A stretch of DNA of 61,748 nt, the filler included, from Kipferlia bialata (lineage: Eukaryota), in assembly GCA_003568945.1 (NCBI GenBank). It is 3 parts of 3 records of this genome, joined end to end, with 100 filler letters (N's around TTAATTAATTAA, not from the genome) between each part and the next. Parts side by side here need not be neighbours in the genome. Positions count along the whole stretch, not along the records: positions 1 to 24,101 come from BDIP01000237.1; positions 24,202 to 48,280 come from BDIP01000238.1; 1 more part is not named here. One strand, 5' to 3'. The translations under genes were made by a program, and so were the position numbers. Positions within the stretch are counted from its first letter, which is position 1; every line of letters begins with the position of its first letter. Below, piece after piece: positions 23,022 through 34,900 of the stretch. Below the pieces are notes generated by a model that saw only the letters and a program-made list of their open reading frames with translations, was not told the origin of the DNA and ran no database searches.

Positions 23022-23659
23022 CTCCCCCCGCCCTCTATGATGTCTGCCCCGTCCTCCCCTGCCACCCTTCTACTGATGAACTCCTCCATCTGACTCAGGT
23101 AGTGGTCCGTGTGCTGCACCTGGCGTCAGGGTATGTGCATATATACATATACACTTGCTAGCGTATGTGCAGGGAGTGTCATATTGCATGGAATGAGCAC
23201 ACACCTCAGAGTGGAAGCTCCCCAGCTGCTTCTTGGCCGGCACATGGTTGCCAGACTGCTCCATGCCATCCCCAGCCCCATTGGCCGTGGCAGTTGAGGC
23301 AGTGTGCAGCACCTTGGGGAAGCTGGTACGGGCCTCCTTAGACTCACGGATGCTGGGGTTAGAGGCTCAGAGTAAGGATGGAGTGGGGTGAGAGTATAAA
23401 TAATAGTGCAGGCAAGTGTATATGGAACACTGCTCCAGGTCCCAGCGCACAGATATACAATATTATCACACAAATATCATATACACCCGGACCCGGACGT
23501 AGAAGCACACACACATGATACCACACTATAGACTCTCACCATCAAATATGCACATATTCTGCCTCTGATACCACACACATGCACTAACCTAGCCAACGTC
23601 TCCTCGTCTACCTCATCCTCAGACTCAGACTCCTCCTTCTGGCGTCTCCTTCTACCCAT
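23022..23659 (-). CDS. Hypothetical multi-exon gene 5' part (MGRRRRQKEESESEDE...)
   Basis: Three exons with canonical splice sites. Phase is incompatible with the Spc25 exon across a homopolymer block. Confidence 0.5.
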
Positions 23660-23729
23660 GGCCTTCCTGGAAGAGAGAGTGCAGAGAAGGGCTCACAAGC
23701 TAATAGACGTGACCCTTACTCACTCAAAA

Positions 23730-23861
23730 ATGTCGAGCAAAGAACTCGTTTCGCTAGCCTCTCTATTAGAGTGTACCTGTACCTCGAGGATGTCTGTCCC
23801 ACTTCGCCAGGCAGGGGCTTCCATTGACCGCTCTGAGTGTGCTGTGTGCTTTGCCAACAAG
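23730..23861 (+). CDS. First exon of a Cys-containing protein (possibly Rpp21/Rpr2-like), truncated by scaffold end
   Basis: MSSKELVSLASLL...IDRSECAVCFANK followed by a GTACGT donor. Confidence 0.35.
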
Positions 23862-24036
23862 GTACGTATCATTAATGGCGGCAGTGGTATATACACTGTA
23901 GACACTGAGTGTGTATTACTGCTATCATCTCGTGGTCACTCTCTGCTCCAACACATTATAATACGACCTATAATACTCTCTGGTCTGTTTGTCATTAGCT
24001 ATCACAATCTCTTGAGGTATTCGACTCAACTGTAGT

Positions 24037-24101
<65 letters not shown>

Positions 24102-24201
24102 NNNNNNNNNNNNNNNNNNNNNNNNNNNNNNNNNNNNNNNNNNNNTTAATTAATTAANNNNNNNNNNNNNNNNNNNNNNNNNNNNNNNNNNNNNNNNNNN
24201 N
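24102..24201. other. Artificial scaffold linker (N44-TTAATTAATTAA-N44)
   Basis: Six-frame stop palindrome centred in Ns. Confidence 0.97.
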
Positions 24202-24257
<56 letters not shown>

Positions 24258-24717
24258 GTATACTACATGGTGAGGAGAGTTTCCTTTTGCCCATATGTAT
24301 CGACGTGATGCCCCTATATCCTGCTTCACGTGGTGTATCTTTATCATATAGTCTACCATTCTCTCTATCTGATATCCTCTTCCCCCCCCCCCCATTTCCT
24401 TGTATTCTTTACTCTTCCCCACCTCATTCCCTGATTGATGTTTCGTTTTGACTCATGTATTCTTGTTTCCCCTGGACACAGTACATGTGTGAGAAGGTTC
24501 TTTGGTACTGTCTTAGTATGTATTTCCAGACCATGTGAGGATGCAACCACCTAAACCAAGGGTTGCCGTATGTGTTAACAATCGAGTATATAGATCTATA
24601 TGCAATTGTTTCGGTAATGAATACATCCAAGGAGGATCACGGCTCTACACCACCCTGATAACAAGTGTGTTTCCTATTGGATAATGGGGTTTTGTACTCT
24701 TCCCCGTGTCACCCCAG

Positions 24718-27700
24718 CTCTCTCTTGTGTCCTCTGTCCTGACCTGGACTGAGTGTGCCGATGGTACCTGTCCATGGGTGTATGTGCCCCTAGACCCCCT
24801 GGCCTACGGGGTGGTACTCTCTGTGTGCATGTGTATAGGTGCCTATGGGGGTAGGACCATGCATGCAAGGCTGCTAGAGAGGCAGGGTCCTGGGGAGGAC
24901 ACCCATGCCCATACAGTGGCAGAGTCGTTGCGGCACAGTGGTGAAGAGAGTGAGTGCGGCTCTGAGGACTCATACTCCTCCGACCACTCCTATTGCACTA
25001 GTACTACCATCGAGTATACCTCGGAGGACTCGTATCCAGAGGAAGATGAATCTGAAGACCCAGATGGTGAGAGTGACCTGATGGGCCATGATACACACCA
25101 TACTTGTACGTGTGGGCAGGGGGCGGATCAGCCAGAGGGACATACCGATCGGGTGCACTGTATGCTGAGGTGGGTGTAGTGGCTGAAGGGTCTGTAGTCT
25201 CACGGTGCAGGGCGAGGGAGCCACTGTTTTGACAGTGTACCCTGGGAGGGATTAAACTTTCCCGTCTGATATTGTAGTGTATTATCACTTCTTACCCAAG
25301 GATCTCTCTTTTCTCCCTGTCTCTATTGCTCTGCGTGTGTCACATCGTGTATGCTACAGCCTGCACCTACGACATGGCATGGAGAGCCATTGTCACTAGA
25401 CCCATACTCGAAGACATCCGCGCCAGCCACACATCTGTCCATGGCCTATTCCATGCTGCCTTGAAACATAGTGTGAGGGTGGTACTGTCAGGGGCCGCAT
25501 TGCGGTACCTGGTGAGTAGCATATTCATGTGCCGCAGGGCGGGTGCTGCCCATGTGGGGTCAAGGGCCACAGTGGGATACCCTCAGGAGGAAAGTATCCA
25601 GTGGGAGGAGAGAGAGAGAGAAGAGGAGGAGGATGGGTCTCTGGGTGGCATACGGGTGTCAGCCACCGGAGTACACCCATCTATCCATACATCCATGCAC
25701 TCAGAACCACCAAGTGCAGAGGGGTCAGATGGACGTGAGGATGGGGATGCAGCCATGCCCCTTCTGAGGGAGGTCCCTGTGGATGTGGTCAGTGAGCGGA
25801 GCAGGGCATTGTTTCCAGGTAGGAGAGGAGTGAGCTATATTCATTGTACACCACTATCTATATATCATATACTTGACCCCTGTCTGACTCAGGGGACCCC
25901 CAGGACGTACGGGCCTCCATCACATCCTCTATACCCCCAGAGCACAAGGAGGTGGACACTGTGATGCTGCCCCTGAGTGGTGTGTGTCCAGTTGACATGC
26001 CCTGCACACCCATGCCCTCGGTGACGTGTGTCATGGTGGTGCCCACTGTAGACATGCAGGATATGACAAGGTGGGTGCATGGGTCTTTATGGACGTGTAT
26101 ACAGTGGGGGACTAGCCCACCCTGCTCTCCCCCTCTCCCTGTCTCTCACCTTCAGGGTTGAGATTATATGTGCCAAGGCTTTACAGCCTAACATAGGGGA
26201 GCTGGAGGTGTGTACACACGCTGTACCTATCATGATATGCGTCTGTATCCATTCGTTGTACTGGCCCTGCCTCACCCTAGACACTAGACAACCAAGGAGA
26301 GGTTGTACTGGCTGAACTACCTAGGCTGTTCCCAAACTGCGAGGTGCGTTTTCTGATATAGAAATAGTAATAGTTGCCTCACACAGTCTGTTGTCGTGTA
26401 CTGTATTCAGCAGTGTCCTTCGAATGTCTATTGTTATGCCACTGTATTCAAGTCTACCAATAATGTTGAGAGTGCAATGGCGTTCCTTACTCACGTATAT
26501 AGAGCCATGGAAACTCTCCACCACTCTATACATCTACTCGCCAACCCCAGTCCCTTGTGATTGAGAATGCCATGACACTCCCAGGCTCAGGATATTTGAT
26601 ACCCTTTATAGGACAGGTACGCTTAGTGGATGTGGGTTCAATAGTTTCTATATGTATTCCTCAGAGTACATACTGGTTTATCCCACCCTCAGGACCTGTT
26701 CCATAAGACATACATGGCCCTTGCGTCTCTGTTAGTCTCCCAGTCACTCCCCCTGCGGTCCCTATCCCTGGCCATCAGGCCACGCCAGTTGCACTGTCTA
26801 CCCCTAGAGGTCGGGTTCCTAGGTACCCATTACGTACACACGACAGCAGATGGCGAGTCGTCACACGTGTGTAGCTGACATCACCACTCGATGTACATAC
26901 TTCTATTTACATATATGTCTTTTTGTCAATACATGAATATGTCTGACATATAGGGCTAGATACACTGCGACTCCGGGTGCCCCTTCCCTCCAACAGGGAA
27001 GATGCGTCATACAGGTGGGGGTCATGGGTTGGGTATATTAGAACATATGTATGAGTGTGAAGTTAGCACTCTTGTTACCATTCTTGTGTATGTTCTAACC
27101 TAGGCTGCCTAACCAGAGTCAGACAGACACTGGGGACTCTATGTCGGTGACAGAGGTTGGTGTACATGTATGCATGTACTCGATATATCGGCATATGTAT
27201 GAATGGTGCTTGTTCATATTGTTACTACTCCTGTGACCCCCTCCTAACCCCATATCATACCTACCCTGCTAGGCCAGGGGTGCACCCCCTCACTGAGACA
27301 CCTCTCCCTCATACTACATGTAGAGGAGGGGGGGGACACAGACGATGTAGGTACTCGATGGTAGAAGTACACGAGATATTGCGTTCATGATAGAATGCTT
27401 GTATGACTATATCCTGTCACATTGTCTGTCACCTATCCCCTCTCCACCCCTCCCCCTCCCCCTAGCCATGGATAGGATAGCAGAGTCTCTGAGGTACAGA
27501 GCCTGGGAGTCAGTGGAGATCGGGGTGGAACTGGCGGAACCAGGTACACCCACACCCACACACCCACACACATATATATATATATTGGAATACCTTCATT
27601 TGTGAAACTATATGTGGCTTCTATGGCTGAGTGGAATCCACCCGAGACTACGTATACTCGACCGCCATCTTATGCTACCTTGGGAGAGAGCAAAGGGATC

Positions 27701-30700
27701 CAGTATGACTTCTCATTTGCGTACCTGATACCCCTCTCAGTGTAGGTGACGATGAGGATGCCCCCTGCCTACCCGTGCTGCCCCTGGTTCAGACCCTATC
27801 TCTGTCCACCCCATCCCTCAAGCACCTGTCCCTGAACCTCATAGGTACATGGGCATACATATAGATAGATGTATATGGTATATACCTGTCAGCCCTTGAA
27901 CCTCATAGGTGGGATAGGGCAGATACATCATACTCTCAGTATGCTGGTAATCTGAGTGATTCATTGGTACCAACGCCTATATAGTATACATATTCGTTCC
28001 CTATACTTCTGACCCCTAGGTGCTGACTGCCAGAGGGGACTGTCCCACGCAGTGGCCCAGGTGACATACTATATACGCTAGGCATTGTAGTATATAGTTG
28101 TGTCTCAGGCAGAAGTTCAAGAGACACGTACCACTTGGATGTGCTTATATTACCACACTAGAAACTCTGTATACCGGTCCAGGTGACATGCCACCACTTG
28201 TGTCATAGCCCCACGGTTGATTCCACGCTTGGCATACATTCTAGACATACATAATTCCACTGTATACACCCCTGCCCTCCCCCCAGGCCCTTGAGTGTCA
28301 CTCCCAGTCCCTGGAGTGGGTGTCGGTGGTGCTTCCAAGTACGTTGTGCATATAATTGGTCGTAGCATAATGCTGTCGTCTGCAATCCTATCTATATATT
28401 TATACATCTATTTGTACCACTCCACTTAGCTGCTTCGTCACACTGTCACTACATCACTAGTCCCGTGTTATTCTATATATTATATCTTTGTTATGTTACC
28501 CCCAGGTTCCGACACTGACCTGTCCTATGGTGTGGAGGAGATGGAACATCTGCAGGCCATACAAGAGGTGTGCTATAGATAGCTATGTTCAACCATGTTG
28601 TTCATGACCCCATCCAGTTCTATCCCCTGGCATATACCCGAGCTTAATTGTTTCCTCAATTTTCACTCTATACCCCATGCCCCCTATCACCCCCACGCCC
28701 CACCCCCAGCTGTGTCTGTCCAAGCCTATGCTGCATATAGATGTGGACAATGACAGTGCGGGACAGAGGGTGTGGCCCCCGACAGTGTCGACTCAGGAGA
28801 GGTATGGTGTGGGATGGGGCATAGTGCGCATAGAGAGTGTAGCAGTGGTCTGGGTATGCAATACTTGGGTTTACTGTCTACCCCTATTCCTTACCAATTA
28901 TCATCTCTATGTAGCCATATATTCCTGTGCCATACACCACCACCTATGATTCCGATCTCTACCGACCTCTACCACCACCAGGATTGTGCTGCTAGGCACC
29001 ACAGATGCCATCGAGACACCCCTGCTGGAGGGCAGGGTAGATGCCACTGCGGGTGTCCTGACTAACATGGGTCACACAGACTGGGCATGTGTCAGTCTCA
29101 GGATACCTAGGTGGGGGGTGTATGTATATATACACAGCCGTGTCTTGCCTTCTTCTCATACCTTTCCCTCACCCCTTAGGACTCTGGAGAGAAGGGCTCA
29201 GTACGACCCTCTGCTCCGCCGTGTCCTATCAGCCGCACAGTCTGTGGGTGACATGACCCTGGGTGTACAGTGCAGCCAGAGGGCGGAGGACGGGTGCGTT
29301 GTGTAGATCTACATATTGTTAGACATGTATACGTGTGGGCCTGGGAAGCCGTGTGTATGATTGGAACCCTATGGTATCTATATATATAGATATAGGTATA
29401 TATAGATATATCTATATACATCCATTCCCCACATCTGACCCCCGCAGTGTCTCCCCCTGCGACACTCTCCTGTCGTGTCTGGGTGATCTGTTCTGCCACA
29501 AGCTACGCCTCAGTGCCCCCCATCCCGTGCCGGAGACGATGCTCAGGTGGGTGGGTGGCGGCAGACGTATACCAGCATTTACTCTGCAACGATTCTGTCA
29601 CACACCAGGCACCTCATCCCACCCCCCACCCTGACCTCTCTCTGTCTGGAGGTGGCTCTCTTCGGTCCAGACCTGTCCCATCTGAGACACTTTGTGTGTG
29701 GGTGCCCGTCCCTGACCACGCTGGAGTTACACGGGAGGTGTGCACATACAGTGTGATTTAATTTGACCACATATCTTACTTGTATATAAGCTGTGTAATA
29801 CGTATTATGGCTCATATCGATGTGTCACAGGTAGAGATGTTCTGTTCTTGTCATCCCGCCTGTCACCTTTTATCTGCATTTATAGCTACACATATCTGTC
29901 TATATCTGTCTATATCTGACCACAGGTTGGAGACCCCTGACATATCCCCCTTGTGTCTGGCACTCCAAGGTATATATATATATATATATATACTCCAAGG
30001 TATCAGTGTCGGTATATATGGGCGTACCTCTCACTATTGGGCATGTGTAGTGGATGTCTATCCATGCCCCTCACCCCCCAGGATGTCCCACCCTGACACG
30101 TGTGTGTATATCCCTCATACACACATATCCAGATTCTGATGGGGACGCAGGGTCAGACCGAGTGGTTGGACTGGTTGAGGTGCGTGCATGGGTGTGTTTG
30201 TGTGGTATCTACGAGTTTACATGTATATTGAGGGGTCTCTTGATGTGTCTGATATTCGTTTCTTCGTATATGTGTACTTTGCAACTGTATACTTCTTCTG
30301 ACCCTAGTCCCTGCCTCCCGGTGTCATCGATCTGTCAGTTACTGTACCAGATACATCTACACCCCTCACACGCCTCGTAGAGAGCACCATGACCCAGACA
30401 GAACTCAGGTGCGGTCGATGGATGTGTCTCTCTATCTTTAAGTGTATTGACGCATAGGTTGCTGCGCGTCGCTGTACCCGACGCTGGACTGTATCTGGAG
30501 TCCCTGAGAGACTATCTGTCTATGGGTACCCCTTGCCCCTCCCCACCCCTCCCCACCCTACAGCTAGAGATAGTGTCGCAGGGTCGGACGGTGGTGGACA
30601 TAGATAGACTGACGAGGGCTCTTGGCTCTCTCAAGGACCTGGGGATGCCCAAACCTGTGGTACGGTTGATGATTATATACACATATCTATATATTGCACA

Positions 30701-31527
30701 TAGTTGATTCATAATACTCCCCACCCCAGGTGTTTGTCTCCGACCCAGCCTCTCCCCTGTGCTCCCCCTCCCTTACCACCCTCTGCACTGGAGTGTGTGT
30801 GTCAGACTGGGCACACACAGACTGGATGGGAGGGTGGGGCCTAGGTGGGTGACATGAGTACTGGGTATATATCCAGAGTGTTTCTTGACTACTCTACATG
30901 CATGCATACTCCACCCTCTCTGACCCATGGGTGGGTGGGGCCTAGGTGGGTGGCACAGAGAGTGCTGGGTGTATGGGCTGAGTATGGATCATTTGTTTCG
31001 TTACACCCCTTGATGCGACTTGGAGTCCCTACACTATATACTATGGATGTATGCACTATACTCTAACTACTTCAATCCATACACCCCCCTCCTTCTGACC
31101 CAGGCCCCACCGGAGTTGTGATCACCCCCACCGACTACAAACTACTTCTGACTGGCACTGTAGAGACAGAGGAATCAGAGTGCGTGGTTAACATATTCTC
31201 ATTTTGAGCTGGATGGACACTGATTTGGATAGATATGGTATTATGGTATAGTGTCGTGAGTCATTGGTTGTCGATTCCATTATTCGACTGTACGTCTCCC
31301 CCCCCCCCCCCGCCCCCCCCATCCCACCCCCCATCCCACCCATCAGGTTTGAGGACTATGACACCACTATGGAGGGAGACCTCTCCTACACATACACCCT
31401 GGACACCGAGGAAGATACAGAGGACACGTCAGAGACAGCCGAGACAGAGACAGAGTCGGAGTCGGAGTATGAATCGGACTATGAGTCAGAGAGCGAATCA
31501 GACTCATATTCTAGCGAGGGATCATAA
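24718..31527 (+). CDS. Large multi-exon hypothetical protein with RNI/LRR-like segments and an acidic tail
   Basis: Many short exons such as PSLKHLSLNL, GCPSLTTLELHG, LALQGCPTLTRVCISL and CPKLRIFDTL. Ends in an ESE-rich tail with TAA at 31525-31527. The 5' limit is uncertain and this may be more than one gene. Confidence 0.5.
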
Positions 31528-31913
31528 TTCAGATGATCCCACGGCCTTCGTGTTGAAGAACACTGTTATCATCTTTTCACTGTGTAATTCACTGAATTCT
31601 TTTAAGCATTCCACGTATAGATTCTGCAAATAGTATACTACACACCCCAGAGTTCTGGGCCAATGGTAATGGACACGCATTCTTCAGTTTGATGTGGATA
31701 CGCAATTGATGTGACACTATCCGAAGTGCCTTGGGATTCTCCAGCCTTTCACTTGATATTGATACGATTACTCATCAGAAGTATCTGTGTATTGGCTTCT
31801 CTTATCTAACGCTGACTTAGCAAACATCTAGGGGTCACTCTCTCAGGGCCGACCCCTATGAAATACTTACGAATGGATTGAAGTGCATGTCACCTCACAC
31901 AGTCCGTGTGTCG

Positions 31914-34900
31914 CTATCTGTATACCCGTCCTCGGGTGTCTCCTCCCCATGTCTGTCTCTCTCTCTCCCTCCACTACCACGGTCATTACCACAGCTGAGG
32001 GTAACAGGGTGGGTGGACGGTAGGAACAAAGGACATACTCGCTCTAAGGATATACGTGTACACACACCCATACCTGATGCCTAGTGCCCTCGAGAGTGCC
32101 ATGACCACACTCCTCTGTCTATGGGGTCTGAAGATGACAGACCCGTGGTCCAGGATCTGTCTGGGGGTGAGAGAAAGCATGTGTGTAAAGCAAATATTGG
32201 CTACATTGATGTTGTACTGTACCTGACGTAGTGCCTCTTGGGTCTGTCATAGGCATTCATGACCTGGGGGTCAGAGGACAAAGCGCACTATACACACCAT
32301 ACCACCTAGTCAATGCATAAGCGTAGTTCTCATTGAGCCTCCACACACCTCTGCGTCGACCTGCCCTGGGTATGATATGAGCACTGTCCGTGTGACTGCG
32401 TCTCTAAGCACTGCCTCAGGCACACTCTCTAGCACCTCATCCAGCATGGTGTCAGACACGACAAAGGCTGCGAGAGGGGAGGCCTCGAAGGCTGTCTGCA
32501 ATGACTGGAACGACTGAGCCATCACGAACAGGACACCGCAGTCAGATATGCACCTGGGGGGAGAGGGGTATGATGTACACACAACGCAGTATGGAGCAGC
32601 GATGCACCTACCTCCCTATGCACACCCTCTCCAGGGGGTTGTCGTTGAAGAGTATGACCACAGTGCCTGGTGTGACGCATGCCCTGAACGTCTCGAGTAC
32701 ACTCCTCTCACCACCCCTCTCTGTGTCAAGGTCACTGTCCCTGGGTCAGTATGGGAAGCACACACGATACAGAGCTATATGAAATATTATGACTATGTTA
32801 CACAATGGGTAGTACAAAGCGTATATGCACAATGTATGTCCACCTTGTGTCCGATGCCACAGGTATCAGTGGGGCAGACAGGTGGATCAAGGTGCCATGG
32901 CCTAGGGGTCAGAGGCGGTATGTATAGGGTAGTTATACTCTTCACGCTCCACTGTGTTCCCACCTGGCGTTGACTCCACCCTGAGCACTCCTCTCATCAG
33001 TCTCATGATCTGTGCCACTAAGGGTAGGCCCAGCCCCACCCCGGCACATGGGTCACACCCACCTAGGAGCAGGGAGGGGGCATGGGGTGAGGATACTTAC
33101 ACACATACATACAACAGACGTACTCTATCTGCACTCGATGCCCTTGTACATATAGGTATGTATATACATATACCTGGTGAGCTCTAGCCATGTCAGCCAG
33201 GGCAGACAGCAGAGACTCACTCTCTTTCTGTGCTGTGAGGTCTCTCTCCCTCTCCTCTCCCTCTTTGGGTGTATGTGCATCGGATTCACCCCCACCCTCA
33301 CTCCCCTGACCACCCTTGGTACCTCGCCCTTGTGACAGTGAGAGAGACACACTGGGGGGTACAGGGGGTGGGGCTGTGTCTGTGTGGGCCCTATCCCTAG
33401 GGTGAGTACGACGTGTAGTGTAGTATACATATATGTTGCAGCTATCCAGCCCCACCATATTGCCTGGTACTATATGTAGTAAGCCCCACCTTATGGACTG
33501 TCTCAGTCTCTCTGCAGTCTTGGCCATCTGAGCTGGGGTCTGACACTCCAGCTGGGGGGTCAGAGCATGGTGACACAATAATAACACGGTCAACACGGGT
33601 AAATTATCACTCCTCGGGCGGATATATATGCAGTAGAAGTATGTAGCAGTAGTAGAATAGATAGTATAGATATAGATAGTATAGCAACCAATACCTGGTC
33701 CCCCAGCCTGTACAGAAGGGATGAGGGTGTTGCTGCACCTGAGGGACTGGACCCATCAATCAGACCCCTCGGCATATGTCTCACAGAGGTATCACCCTCT
33801 CTCTCCCTCTCTCTCTCCTTCCCTCGCTGCCTAGGCTCACTGGACTCAGGTCTCCGGGCCTCCCAATCGCCTCTCTCCCTCTCGCTACCCCTGTCGCTGT
33901 CTCTACTGTCTGCCCTCTTGCCCTCTGACAGAGCCAATTGGTCCAAGGCCATGTGAGGTCCAGAGCCTGGCTTCGACTGCCTTCCTCTCTCCCTCTCCCT
34001 CTCCCCCCCTCTCATTCCCCTCCTCTCTGTGTCCTTGTGTCTCATGGGTGTGACTGGGTACTGCAAGGCAGGGCGGAGCTGGGGTGGGAGAGGGGGCCGT
34101 ACCGACCCAGGTGTGTGCCCACCCCTCTCCCCCCTGGCAGTGCTGGACATGGTCATACTGGGGGTGGCAGACATTGACATGGACCGGGAGTCCACGGCTG
34201 GGGTTATACGTGTCTCAAAGCGACAAGTATTGTGCGATTGATTAGGAACAAGGACACCTCCGTGACTAATGAGACTCCAACCTTCATATACATACCTGTC
34301 TCCCACCGGTGTGCCAACTTCTTGTAGAACCCTGTCCTACCGTCATGACCCTTGGCCCCCAGCTGGGTGTGAGTGGGTGTACACACAGCCACATATGATA
34401 CTCATATATATGTACATACATCACATACATGCTGCAGGTGGGATCTTCTAGGCGAGGCCTCTCCTATGGCAGGGGACAGGGAGGGTCTGAGGCTGCTGGT
34501 GCTGGCAGCCATGGCCTGGGTCAGGGAAGGGGGGTAACAACATTGGAGAACAGTGCAGTATAGTGAAACACCTATACCCTCCACCCACCTGAGCCCACTC
34601 TCCCATGTACTGCTGCTCGGGGGATCGGCCATACTGGGGGTTAGACGATACATGCATCTACAGCAACTGTGCTACTCTATGATGAGTGTATCAACACCCC
34701 CCACTCACATGCCCTGTGCCACTGATGGACATACTGGGTGACATGGCCAGGGAGGGTCTCCTGGCATCGTGGGCAGGGGGCTGGGGGGTGAAGGACCTGG
34801 GTGAGGCAGTCAGTTGAGTATAGATCTCTCATGACACATAGCCTGACCACCCCATGCTCTGACCCCCACCTGTACTCGTTGGAGTGATAGTCCTTGCCCA

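Noticed and set aside
24146..24157. TTAATTAATTAA palindrome (also at 48325-48336) as a biological site
   Set aside because: It is centred in N runs and is a contig-joining linker. Genes on either side are not true neighbours.
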